Below the pieces are notes generated by a model. It made no database searches and was not told where the DNA came from. It worked only from the letters and a program-made list of their open reading frames with translations. From positions 150,554 to 214,553 of the IMG/VR virus record IMGVR_UViG_3300025012_000028: DNA of 64,000 nucleotides; one strand, written 5' to 3'. The position numbers and the translations under genes were made by a program. Of the stretch, positions 48,955 to 57,997 are shown one piece after another. Each line of letters opens with the position of its first letter. Within the stretch, counting starts at the first letter, position 1.

Positions 48955-48965
48955 TATGTGTTTTT

Positions 48966-49229
48966 TCATTCCTCTTTGAGTTTAGAAACTTTAATGTTCC
49001 TGATATTGAAAGCACCATCCCCATCGATTCCAAAGGATTTCTTTTGATCGACATCCCCATCAGGATCTACGATAACCTCAAAAGAATGTCCACCATCACT
49101 ATTGCTCTTGATGTGCTCCAACATCCTCTGCAACGAGTTTTCACTATCACTTACCTGAATGGTGATGATGGTATCACCCTCCGATTTATACTCATTCAGA
49201 ATGTTCAAAATGTCTTGATACTTCTTCAT
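48966..49229 (-). CDS. Putative internal head protein
   Basis: Leader MKKYQDILNILNE; GGAGG RBS; late promoter 49255-49262. Confidence 0.6.
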   Translation of the reverse strand: MKKYQDILNILNEYKSEGDTIITIQVSDSENSLQRMLEHIKSNSDGGHSFEVIVDPDGDVDQKKSFGIDGDGAFNIRNIKVSKLKEE

Positions 49230-49254
49230 TATCTTCCTCCAACCATTTTAAATC

Positions 49255-49262
49255 TATTTATA
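49255..49262 (-). promoter_or_regulatory. T4-type late promoter TATAAATA
   Basis: Exact consensus. Confidence 0.7.
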
Positions 49263-49265
49263 AAC

Positions 49266-49754
49266 TTAATGGAATGTGCTGTTAGGAAGATCGATACCAC
49301 AGATTTTGCAATATCCTGTTTGTTCATCGATGATTGATCGTGGAACATACCGCTCACAAACGGGGCATTTAACAAACCCTCGATCAGTATGAATTTGTTC
49401 TTCAAATTTGGTATAAGCAGTCGGCCCGAAATAGAACTTTTTGTTCTTTTCATCTATGTAATTGTCTTCATGAATTGAAAGTTGGGATTGGAAATATAAA
49501 GAGAGGATGTGAGTGTACCACGCGACATCTTGGATGTTGTAGTTATTGACAGTAAAACTCAAAAGATACTGAACATCTGTCTGTTCATCTTTGGGGGGAA
49601 CTGCGAGGAGGATAAATCTTTTGGTGAAGTAGCATTGGTACTCTGCACCATTAAACTTGATTGGAACTATCTTGCCCTGTAAATCCTCCTTGCCCCGTTC
49701 AACCACTTCACAAATGTTCATCGCCTCTTTCAAATTCTCTTTGATAAATTCCAC
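49266..49754 (-). CDS. Hypothetical protein with C-terminal Zn ribbon
   Basis: CPVC...CKIC. Confidence 0.55.
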   Translation of the reverse strand: MEFIKENLKEAMNICEVVERGKEDLQGKIVPIKFNGAEYQCYFTKRFILLAVPPKDEQTDVQYLLSFTVNNYNIQDVAWYTHILSLYFQSQLSIHEDNYIDEKNKKFYFGPTAYTKFEEQIHTDRGFVKCPVCERYVPRSIIDEQTGYCKICGIDLPNSTFH

Positions 49755-49782
49755 GATATCTCCATTAAAAATAAAATAACAA

Positions 49783-49823
49783 AAAAGCTACACCACAATA
49801 TCATGAATGTAGCTTTTCGCCAA
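49783..49823 (-). promoter_or_regulatory. Terminator hairpin with embedded promoter TTGGCG-17-TATTGT
   Basis: aaaagctaca/tgtagctttt IR, -10 in loop. Confidence 0.6.
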
Positions 49824-49834
49824 AGGTTTTTTTG

Positions 49835-50074
49835 TTAAATGTTTTTTAAAAACACCGGGGTCTTTTCACCGGAACAATAAGTATATTCAGTTAAGAATTT
49901 ATCAATCTCCCTATCCACGATACTTTTCAGTTCCAATGATCCATCTTCCCTGAGTTCAAAAAAGTAAAGGGCAATATCACCCACCCGATATTCTCCATAG
50001 ATAGACTTACCCTTGAATTTAGAAAGGTCTATGATCGGAATGAACTGCTCAAGCTGTTCTTTGAAATAATTCAT
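49835..50074 (-). CDS. Hypothetical protein
   Basis: ORF track. Confidence 0.5.
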   Translation of the reverse strand: MNYFKEQLEQFIPIIDLSKFKGKSIYGEYRVGDIALYFFELREDGSLELKSIVDREIDKFLTEYTYCSGEKTPVFLKNI

Positions 50075-50349
50075 TTGTCTCTAAACTCCCTCGGTGCCAA
50101 CGGAAAGAAAGCCCAATGTGTTATTTTATCTGCCCAATATGTGTGGGGTGTTCCGCCAATATAACGCCATTCACCATTAGAACAATATTCCGCAAACCCC
50201 ACATTGGAAATTTCATTTGGTTCGGTATAGTCGGAAAAGTGTACCAACACATCTATAATGATATTAAATTGTCCTTGATTAGTATACTCTTCCAACGGAA
50301 GACAATCTTTGATACTGAACCATTCTATCTCTACTTTATCAGGTTCCAC
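50071..50349 (-). CDS. DUF551-like protein
   Basis: WFSIKD.LP...ITHW...P.AP. Confidence 0.65.
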   Translation of the reverse strand: MEPDKVEIEWFSIKDCLPLEEYTNQGQFNIIIDVLVHFSDYTEPNEISNVGFAEYCSNGEWRYIGGTPHTYWADKITHWAFFPLAPREFRDK

Positions 50350-52154
50350 ATCTGCTCCTCTGTTTTAATTTCCACACCAAGTTTCTGTGCTTTAGTATAT
50401 TTATTACTCTTGTCCCACGAATCTTCCGCACAGAAAAGAATGTCCAAATTCTTATTCACAGAGTCCACAATGGTAGCTCCCAATTCCACACACCTAGCTT
50501 CCAGCTTTGCTTTCTTCTGGGAGAAGCTACCAGTGAAGAGAACTTTCTTACCGGACAAGATACCATCTACAATAACAACTTCTTCTTTGGGTTCCGGTTT
50601 CTTGTAACGGACACTATTGATGATCCTTTCCTTTATGCCCCAATTGACATCAAAAGAAAGTTTAGCTTTCTCCAATGTACGCACACCAATCCCAGACGGA
50701 AGGGAAGTAGTATTGGGATTTTCAAATGTAATTTTCATACTCTCAAGACTACCTACATGGTTCAGTAGACTATCGAAAAGTGTGGTTCCCAAACCGTTGT
50801 ATGGCAGATGTCTCATGATGTTTTCAGCAGTTGTCTCATAGACTTTTTCCTGTAAAGCCACATGGAAGTCGTTTTGAGATTTGTAAGATACATCAGGACA
50901 CCACGAAAGTAAAGCGTCAAATGACGTGACATTCCAATTCAAGAGGGACGATTCAGACACGTTTTCAATCCCAATCGACTTAATGAACGATTCCACACGT
51001 TTGACCTCACCACACTCAAGGTTGGGGCATTGAAGATCAACACCGTCCCACCCAAGAACCTCACCACATTCAGGACACTTGTTAGGTAAGGCGACGGCAG
51101 AGGTTTCGATGATTTCGATAATTTTGGGGATCACACATCCACTTTTGATAATTCCAACCCTAGCCCCGATCCCAAGACCTCTATCTAAAATCCACTGCGC
51201 ATTGTTACCAGTGCAACGTGAAATCGTGCTGCCATCGATATCCACAGGATTCACAAGAGCGACCGGTTTCAGTTTCCTCTCTTTGCTCAAGTTCCATTCA
51301 TAACCCAAGATGGTAGTTTCTGTGAAATCCGAATTAACCTTGAAAGCACTTTTCCTTTCAGGAAGGAATTTATCATTTTCATTCTTCCACTCGGAATCAC
51401 TTATAACCAAACCATCAATGTCGTATTGTGCTTCGTCCTTTGAATTAAGATAATATGCCTCCATGCGATCAATGAGGCTTTCTCCAACACTAAATATACA
51501 ATGTTCAGGAGTTTGAAATCCCTGTACCTTGAGGAAATTGAACTGTTCAACCACATTCAGATTATCTGACAGAACTTGATAAGCAAATGCCTCGACCATA
51601 TGAATATTTTCGGAAACCACATCCCTATTCATAAGGCCAACGGTTCCGTTGCGGCGATTCTTGAAAGAAAGGTGTTCGTGACTGTTATCAGTAAGGGTGA
51701 ATTCACCACGGACATCAGTAGGCTCAAGATATGAAATGGTTTTTGGAATGGAAGGGATTTTCATTGCTTTGTCCGTCCAATCGACACCAGACTCCCCATC
51801 ACCACGACTCGTAACTTTCTTAAGATTGCCGTTACGGTATTCCGCATACCAACTACACCCATCAATTTTCAGAGAAGCAAAAAGGTTTTTAATGTTATTC
51901 TTTTTGATCCATTTCCAAAATTTATCAGGTTCGTCTGATTTGAGTTTTTCTAATGAACCGATAACATAATCAAATTTTACATCTCCTGATGTTTCAGTTA
52001 GAGATTCCTTAAACTCAATAAACTCGTCCCACTTAAGTTCTTTCTGAATCTCTTCCAGAAGAAGGTCATAGGCCGCATCCGAAACCAGTTCGTCGCCGTT
52101 CCGATACGCCTTGTTATATTTTACAGCCAGTTCCATTTTTTCTGCTATGTTCAT
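50331..52154 (-). CDS. ligA: NAD-dependent DNA ligase
   Basis: Y..G...VSD..YD, KIDG, SRGDG..G.D, RGE, DGLV, Zn finger CP.C, C-terminal BRCT. Confidence 0.92.
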   Translation of the reverse strand: MNIAEKMELAVKYNKAYRNGDELVSDAAYDLLLEEIQKELKWDEFIEFKESLTETSGDVKFDYVIGSLEKLKSDEPDKFWKWIKKNNIKNLFASLKIDGCSWYAEYRNGNLKKVTSRGDGESGVDWTDKAMKIPSIPKTISYLEPTDVRGEFTLTDNSHEHLSFKNRRNGTVGLMNRDVVSENIHMVEAFAYQVLSDNLNVVEQFNFLKVQGFQTPEHCIFSVGESLIDRMEAYYLNSKDEAQYDIDGLVISDSEWKNENDKFLPERKSAFKVNSDFTETTILGYEWNLSKERKLKPVALVNPVDIDGSTISRCTGNNAQWILDRGLGIGARVGIIKSGCVIPKIIEIIETSAVALPNKCPECGEVLGWDGVDLQCPNLECGEVKRVESFIKSIGIENVSESSLLNWNVTSFDALLSWCPDVSYKSQNDFHVALQEKVYETTAENIMRHLPYNGLGTTLFDSLLNHVGSLESMKITFENPNTTSLPSGIGVRTLEKAKLSFDVNWGIKERIINSVRYKKPEPKEEVVIVDGILSGKKVLFTGSFSQKKAKLEARCVELGATIVDSVNKNLDILFCAEDSWDKSNKYTKAQKLGVEIKTEEQMWNLIK

Positions 52155-52176
52155 ATCTTCTCCTCACTTCAAAATA

Positions 52177-52219
52177 AAAACTCATGATTACTTATACCAC
52201 ATAATCATGAGTTTTGCAA
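52177..52219 (-). promoter_or_regulatory. Terminator hairpin with embedded promoter TTGCAA-17-TATAAG
   Basis: 14-bp IR 52177-52190/52202-52215. Confidence 0.75.
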
Positions 52220-52413
52220 ATCATTTTTTTTTATTTTCGTTAAATCAAATCATCACCACTTTCATCCCAATACGGAACCTCGTAATCATCGGGAAAATGG
52301 ATGGATTCGACTTCGATCAATTCTCTGAGCATACTAATTGAAATGTGTCTCAGTTGATCCTCGTCCAGATCGTTAATCCACTCTTCTATTTTCCGTGATG
52401 TAAACATTTTCAT

Positions 52414-52770
52414 TTAATCTTCCTCCACGTCTATTGTCGATAAAAAGTAAAATGGTCGTTCGTATTCATTGCTAAAGCCAGTACCATCGATGGTAACAAT
52501 CTCTGCTAGTTTTTCTTCATATAGTTTGTTACACTCCATATCCACACGTTCGTAATCTTCATCACTACTATTATTATCTAGCCCCACATACCTGTTGATG
52601 CTTTTATCTCTAAATTCATCAATAATAAAATCCCCAAATCTTTTGGATTCTTCCTGACATTGTGTTAAACATTCGTTGGCGCGTTCTTCATTGAAGAAAG
52701 CTTTGGTAACATACTCATATCTATCTTCATAATCACCCAATACACCCATAATACAATAAACAGTTTTCAA
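52414..52770 (-). CDS. Hypothetical acidic protein
   Basis: ORF track. Confidence 0.55.
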   Translation of the reverse strand: MKTVYCIMGVLGDYEDRYEYVTKAFFNEERANECLTQCQEESKRFGDFIIDEFRDKSINRYVGLDNNSSDEDYERVDMECNKLYEEKLAEIVTIDGTGFSNEYERPFYFLSTIDVEED

Positions 52771-52771
52771 T

Positions 52772-53194
52772 TTAGTTGTTCTCCTTAATCATAAAATCAA
52801 ACCTTCGGATGGCATAATTATTAGTGACCATCGAACCACTTAAACTAGACATTGCCACAACAGAACTTCGTACCAGTTTATGTTCAATCAATGAAGCTAA
52901 CAATTTACCTTTTGGTGTTGGTAAAATTTGAAACTTACCAAAATATTTTTCTTTGTCTTTATGGATGTTGATTAACACATGGGAAACATTTATCAGATGA
53001 AGATCGAATTTTATTTCCTCTGGTGTATTGTATGCAGTTCCTAAACTTCTATTATTAGGAATGCAGTTCACCATATATTGATCTACCGCTTTATTTAATA
53101 TGTCTTCTGGATATATATTTCCATTTGGATCAGTATATTGTTTATGTTCCTCATTATATATGAACGTTGGAAATAACTGAAAGGTTTCAAACAT
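52772..53194 (-). CDS. Degenerate prohead protease (gp21) paralog
   Basis: NGNIYP..IL.KAV..Y, RSLG, INVSH, GK.QIL.TPKGK. Confidence 0.65.
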   Translation of the reverse strand: MFETFQLFPTFIYNEEHKQYTDPNGNIYPEDILNKAVDQYMVNCIPNNRSLGTAYNTPEEIKFDLHLINVSHVLINIHKDKEKYFGKFQILPTPKGKLLASLIEHKLVRSSVVAMSSLSGSMVTNNYAIRRFDFMIKENN

Positions 53195-54937
53195 CTATAT
53201 CTCCTCAATAGTGCTGAACCCACCCACTCTTTTTACAGAGTAATGGTTATCGATATACTTCACCGGAACATCGTTATGACTCATGATCATAGTACATTTT
53301 TTATTCTCGGCTGTAAATTCTTTTAGAATTTCGTAGAAAGTATTTTGCAGATTCTTGTCCAGACCTGTTCCCACTTCATCCAGAATCAACAAGTTGGAAG
53401 CACTCTGACTGTATTTTAAATTGCAGAAAGAGATGAACGCAAAGATGATTGCCAAATCGGAAATTCTTTTCTGACCTTCCGAAAGACTTTCATATTTGAA
53501 ATTCTCTTTGTGTCTGGTTAAGAATTCCTCATTCCATTCTTCATCAAACCGGAACAGAACATCTGCTCCAAATTTCTGAAGGTAAAGACTCAGGAACTTA
53601 TTGATACTAGGAAGATATTTCTTAACCACAAACGCTTTGATCTTATCGTCTGTCAGAAGTGTTCTACCATAGGCATAATGTTTTTTATCATATGCCTTAT
53701 CGTTATAATCTTTCTCAAGCTGTTTCTTTTGTTCGATATAACCTTTCAGCTTTGAATCATCAATCTTAATCTCTTGATCTTTCTCAACTTGAATTTGTTT
53801 CTTGAGATTTGCAATCTGTCTTGTGCCACTTGTTATGGCTTCCTGAAACCCTCGCTCCATATTGATATACTCTTGACACTTATCAATCTTGGGTTGGAAG
53901 GATCTTATCTCAGTTTCTTTTTGGGCCAGTTGTTCTTTGAGGATGGTTTGTTCTTTGAGAATGATAGTGTTATCAGCCGGTCTGTTCATCTCTTCTTCAA
54001 ACGCTTTTATCTTAGAACAAGTCCCACACGTCTTCTGAAGGAACTGAATCTTCTTTCCCTGATTTGCTCTTTCTGTTTCTTGTGCAGCAAGTGTGACATC
54101 GATGTTCTTTAATTTCTGTTCTATCTCACGATATTGATTCTTTAAAGTCTGTACTTCGTTGGATAATTCTGTTTTCTTGGTTTTATACTTTTGAATCTTC
54201 TCAACAGCCAATGTTTTTTTGTCAATTCCTTCTTGCAATTCAACTATTTGGGAATTGATTTCATCTATTTTTGCCGATGTTATTGCCGTTCTTTCATCCT
54301 TAAGCTGTTTCAGTCTTAGAAGGTGATCCTTCTCCTGAGTGATAAGAACATCGGTATAGTTCATATCTTTATTCAAGGAAGCAATCTCTTTGTCGAGAGC
54401 ATCAACTTTGAGTTTGGCAAGCTTGTTCATTGAGGTATACAGTTGAATGTTCAACATCGGCTCAACAACTTCACGCTTCTTGTCTTTGGTAAGTGTCAAG
54501 AAAGATGAATTCTTTGTCAGAGATTTGTAACTAACCTGCTCAAAAATGTTGGGAGTTGTTTTGAGATGATCCTGTTCAATAATTTCTTGATAAGATCGTG
54601 AAGATGATGGGACCGGAACTATCACATCATTTTTATACATACGAAGATAGTTCGGCTTAAGACCACGTTCAATCCTATAAGGAACAGAATTGATGTTGAA
54701 AAAATAATGGACCTCTGTTTCTTTTTTGTTGATGGAATTTATAAGATCTGGTAAATTGAATTTGCGGTATGGTTTACCAAAACACGCAAAATAAACCGCT
54801 TCAGTGATAGAACTTTTGCCCTCACCCGTTTCACCAGATAGTTTGTTCACACCCTGTTTAAAGTTAAACTCGGTCCAGTTGTTGCCATAACTTTGGAAGT
54901 TCCTGATCCTGATCTTTTCAGCTTCAATCATCAACAT
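53195..54937 (-). CDS. gp46: Recombination ATPase (Rad50/SbcC-like)
   Basis: NFQSYGN, GETGEGKS, FGKPYR, coiled coil with C..C hook, LSEGQ, LILDE. Confidence 0.93.
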   Translation of the reverse strand: MLMIEAEKIRIRNFQSYGNNWTEFNFKQGVNKLSGETGEGKSSITEAVYFACFGKPYRKFNLPDLINSINKKETEVHYFFNINSVPYRIERGLKPNYLRMYKNDVIVPVPSSSRSYQEIIEQDHLKTTPNIFEQVSYKSLTKNSSFLTLTKDKKREVVEPMLNIQLYTSMNKLAKLKVDALDKEIASLNKDMNYTDVLITQEKDHLLRLKQLKDERTAITSAKIDEINSQIVELQEGIDKKTLAVEKIQKYKTKKTELSNEVQTLKNQYREIEQKLKNIDVTLAAQETERANQGKKIQFLQKTCGTCSKIKAFEEEMNRPADNTIILKEQTILKEQLAQKETEIRSFQPKIDKCQEYINMERGFQEAITSGTRQIANLKKQIQVEKDQEIKIDDSKLKGYIEQKKQLEKDYNDKAYDKKHYAYGRTLLTDDKIKAFVVKKYLPSINKFLSLYLQKFGADVLFRFDEEWNEEFLTRHKENFKYESLSEGQKRISDLAIIFAFISFCNLKYSQSASNLLILDEVGTGLDKNLQNTFYEILKEFTAENKKCTMIMSHNDVPVKYIDNHYSVKRVGGFSTIEEI

Positions 54938-54955
54938 TCTCCATGTACAAAAATA

Positions 54956-54996
54956 AAAGGATAAATCAATCTACCACGATTTATCCTTTCAGTCTA
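54956..54996 (-). promoter_or_regulatory. Terminator hairpin with embedded promoter TAGACT-17-TAGATT
   Basis: 12-bp IR 54956-54967/54978-54989. Confidence 0.7.
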
Positions 54997-55018
54997 TTAA
55001 TTGATCAATTATTATTTT

Positions 55019-55201
55019 CTAATCGATTCCCAATTCTTTTCTGGCCCATGCTATATCTTCTTCATTTGGTTCTTCAAATCCACTTGTCGCTGTCACAAAG
55101 AACACATAAGCACTTATGGCTTTCTCTTTGTCAGAGATACCAAAATACCTGAACAACATATCCTCAAACGCTTTTAATTGATATTCGACATCTTCATTCA
55201 T
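55019..55201 (-). CDS. Hypothetical protein
   Basis: ORF track. Confidence 0.5.
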   Translation of the reverse strand: MNEDVEYQLKAFEDMLFRYFGISDKEKAISAYVFFVTATSGFEEPNEEDIAWARKELGID

Positions 55202-55461
55202 AATTCATCCTCATTATCACACTCATGATAACCCACAATTTCACAAATCTGTTCTAAGAAATCGGGAGTATTTAAAAGAATTTCATCTACCTGCCAAATA
55301 GATTCGGAGCAAGAAATGTGGTGGTCTTTGATATAAGCTTGACAAATAACCCAAAGAGTTTCATATCTTCTAAGTAAATCGTTCAGTTCTTTTTCTTGAA
55401 GTCTTAATCTAGTAATTCGATTAGCCAAACTTAAACAGATGGGTTCATTACACTGATTCAT
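55198..55461 (-). CDS. Hypothetical protein
   Basis: ORF track. Confidence 0.5.
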   Translation of the reverse strand: MNQCNEPICLSLANRITRLRLQEKELNDLLRRYETLWVICQAYIKDHHISCSESIWQVDEILLNTPDFLEQICEIVGYHECDNEDEL

Positions 55462-55812
55462 TTAAACTCCTTCCTTTTCCAGAAGCAAAGCTTCCTTATA
55501 TAGAATGTCAAAACACTCTTTCAGTTTATCAGGATCGATATCGGTTCCCATATCCAGTTCGTTGGTGTAAGCCGCAACCACTTCGATGGGAGAACTTTCT
55601 TGATTTACACTCTCTTCCATCTTATTCAGGTCAACAGATTCAAGGATTTCACATGCCTCAATGACCTCGACCTTATAATTGTTCTTAGATGAAGATAGCA
55701 TTGATTCAAGGAACTTGTCAAATTTTTTCTGTGATTTGCAATCCTTGATAATTATTTTTATGTAGTTATTTTTTACTAATTCAAGAGCTTCCTTCTCTGT
55801 AATTTTTCTCAT
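55462..55812 (-). CDS. gp47 C-terminal domain as separate gene
   Basis: YIKIII...FDKF, acidic linker, Y...L, LYKEA matches gp47 C-terminus. Confidence 0.65.
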   Translation of the reverse strand: MRKITEKEALELVKNNYIKIIIKDCKSQKKFDKFLESMLSSSKNNYKVEVIEACEILESVDLNKMEESVNQESSPIEVVAAYTNELDMGTDIDPDKLKECFDILYKEALLLEKEGV

Positions 55813-56039
55813 TTATTAAAGAACCTCTCTATTGTCTGCATTTCATTTTTAGCAGCATCCCACATATCCATCTTATCACAAAGCCAATTCTGCATTTTGA
55901 TAATTGAATCTCTAAGCTGATAAGGTACAATCAATGTATAATCAGAGTTATCTTCACTCCAATTACCACATATCATAGTTTTATTACTTTCGTGGGCATA
56001 CCATTTCGAATATAAGATACCTCTAAGATCATCAAACAT
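55809..56039 (-). CDS. Hypothetical protein inserted between gp47 halves
   Basis: ORF track, coupled at both ends. Confidence 0.55.
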   Translation of the reverse strand: MFDDLRGILYSKWYAHESNKTMICGNWSEDNSDYTLIVPYQLRDSIIKMQNWLCDKMDMWDAAKNEMQTIERFFNK

Positions 56040-56792
56040 TTATTCCCCCAGAACTGATAAACCGTCTTTTTCGCTGTAGAATATTTTCAAAAATTTGGGA
56101 CTAATTGTATTTGGTTGAAATTCTAAATCAAAGTTCTCACCGAGCGTAAAAAAACCCTTGGGTTCTAGAAAATCTCCGAAGTCCTTTTGATAGGGATTAC
56201 CGATATTAATTACATTTTTGTATTGGCTTTGGATATGCATATGACCATTCAAAACGTAGTGGTACTGTGCAAACGAATTTATTTCAAACCCGTCCTTACA
56301 ATCGATCCCTTTAGTGAATCTCATCCCCTTCATATCAGAATGTGTAAGACAAATATCTGCCGGTTTTAAGTCAACATCAGACAAATTTCCTGTGACCCAA
56401 GGAATTGCATAGAATGTATACTTACCAATCTCAAAAATGGTTGGTGTGTCGATATAAGTACAATATTTATACTCATTAAAATTTTCCACAAAGAAGTTAT
56501 GGCTAGTAGTATTCTTGTGGTAACAGGAGTGATTGCCCAACAGATATTTAATATTAACTTGATTCTGTTCAAACCAACCAAACATTCTCTGTTTTAGTTC
56601 TTGAAGAATATAAAGATCGATGTGATCGCGTTTGTCTGTAATATCTCCTAAAGATATTACATATTTGATGTTGTTTTTTAAAATAAATGGAAAGAGTTGT
56701 TTTTCGTAGAACTCCATTTGTGTTTCAAACACCAATTTATTACCATTATTACAACCCATATGTTCGTCTGTTAAAAATAAAATGTCGCCCAT
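56040..56792 (-). CDS. gp47: Recombination nuclease (Mre11/SbcD-like), catalytic domain
   Basis: TD.H.G, LGD..D.R, GNH, GH.H, GNPY...GD; start MGDIL after AAGGAG. Confidence 0.9.
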   Translation of the reverse strand: MGDILFLTDEHMGCNNGNKLVFETQMEFYEKQLFPFILKNNIKYVISLGDITDKRDHIDLYILQELKQRMFGWFEQNQVNIKYLLGNHSCYHKNTTSHNFFVENFNEYKYCTYIDTPTIFEIGKYTFYAIPWVTGNLSDVDLKPADICLTHSDMKGMRFTKGIDCKDGFEINSFAQYHYVLNGHMHIQSQYKNVINIGNPYQKDFGDFLEPKGFFTLGENFDLEFQPNTISPKFLKIFYSEKDGLSVLGE

Positions 56793-56796
56793 TCCT

Positions 56797-56855
56797 TCTC
56801 CTTTATATTTATTTATACAAACAAATCTCCTAAACATAAATAAATATAAAGGAGA
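56797..56855. repeat. Perfect 20-bp inverted repeat carrying both divergent RBSs and late-promoter motifs
   Basis: tctcctttatatttatttat / ataaataaatataaaggaga. Confidence 0.9.
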
Positions 56856-56861
56856 TTAAAA

Positions 56862-57647
56862 ATGATAATTTTGAAACCATATCCTTGTGAAACCTGTGGC
56901 AAAGAACGAAATTTTAAATTTAACACAAAAACTGAAAAAGTTTATATGTATAAATCTACTTGTCAGACATGCACTCTTATCGAACGAAATAAAAAACAAA
57001 ATTTTTCTCCACGAAAACATCCCATTGTAGATTATTTTGAATCTATAGATACCCAAGAGAAAGCATATATTTTTGGGTTTCTGTGGGCAGATGGGTGTAT
57101 GAGAGATGCCACACGTAAAAAGGGTGTAAATATTAAAAGTTTAATGTTAGGTATACACCCAAAAGACAAAGAAATTTTAGATTTCATCGTAGCTCATTTT
57201 GGTGGATCGTATAAAGACATCACCTTTCTTGATAAACGGTCTAATAAACGTTACAACAGATCACAGTGGCATTTAAACTCTAAGGAAGTTTATATGAATT
57301 TCATTGGCCTCAATTTCAGAAAAAATTCATTATCAGTTCCAAATCATCTATTCAATCATTTCCTTCGTGGACTTATAGATGGAGATGGATGTTTTCATGT
57401 TAGAAAAAATAAAACAAATTCGATAGAAATTAAGATTACATCAAATTATGACCAAGATTGGTCGTTCATTACTGATAGAATTGATTTCCCACACACAATT
57501 GCCAGATCTGAATATAATTCAGAAAAACGATCTAACTTACATATTTTGGGTGATAAAGTTCAATTTTTAACCTACCTATATAATGATGCTTCATTTTACT
57601 TAAAACGAAAATATAGATTGGCTGAAAAATTCATTATTCGTCCTTAA
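56862..57647 (+). mobile_element. LAGLIDADG homing endonuclease
   Basis: KAYIFGFLWADG and FLRGLIDGDG, LKRK. Confidence 0.9.
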
Positions 57648-57834
57648 GATCTATCTCTAGTTGTTCAACATAAGAACGTTTTGTGACAATCCAATCCTTT
57701 TCGGAATGTACCGAGCGGTATCCTTTTGCGCCATCTTCTAGTAACCGTTCATACCACTGTACTTCTTTTTGAAGTCGAGCTATTTCATTCCTCATATCCT
57801 GACGGGTGGGAAATTTCAATTCATTATAATCCAT
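57634..57834 (-). CDS. Hypothetical protein
   Basis: ORF track. Confidence 0.45.
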   Translation of the reverse strand: MDYNELKFPTRQDMRNEIARLQKEVQWYERLLEDGAKGYRSVHSEKDWIVTKRSYVEQLEIDLKDE

Positions 57835-57997
57835 TAATCTTCCTCTTCTCTCAGATGTTCCAGTAGCAATTGTGCCGGAAGACCTCTAGCAAAGGAACCA
57901 TCATCATGAGAAATTTCTAAAGGATGGATGGTACACATCGTCCATCCATGTCTCTCAAGAAGTTCTTCGTCCATTTTTATCAATCGATCAATAAATG

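Noticed and set aside
55809-56039. Group I intron or intein in gp47
   Set aside because: The insert is fully occupied by a coupled ORF; no recognisable intron core or intein termini
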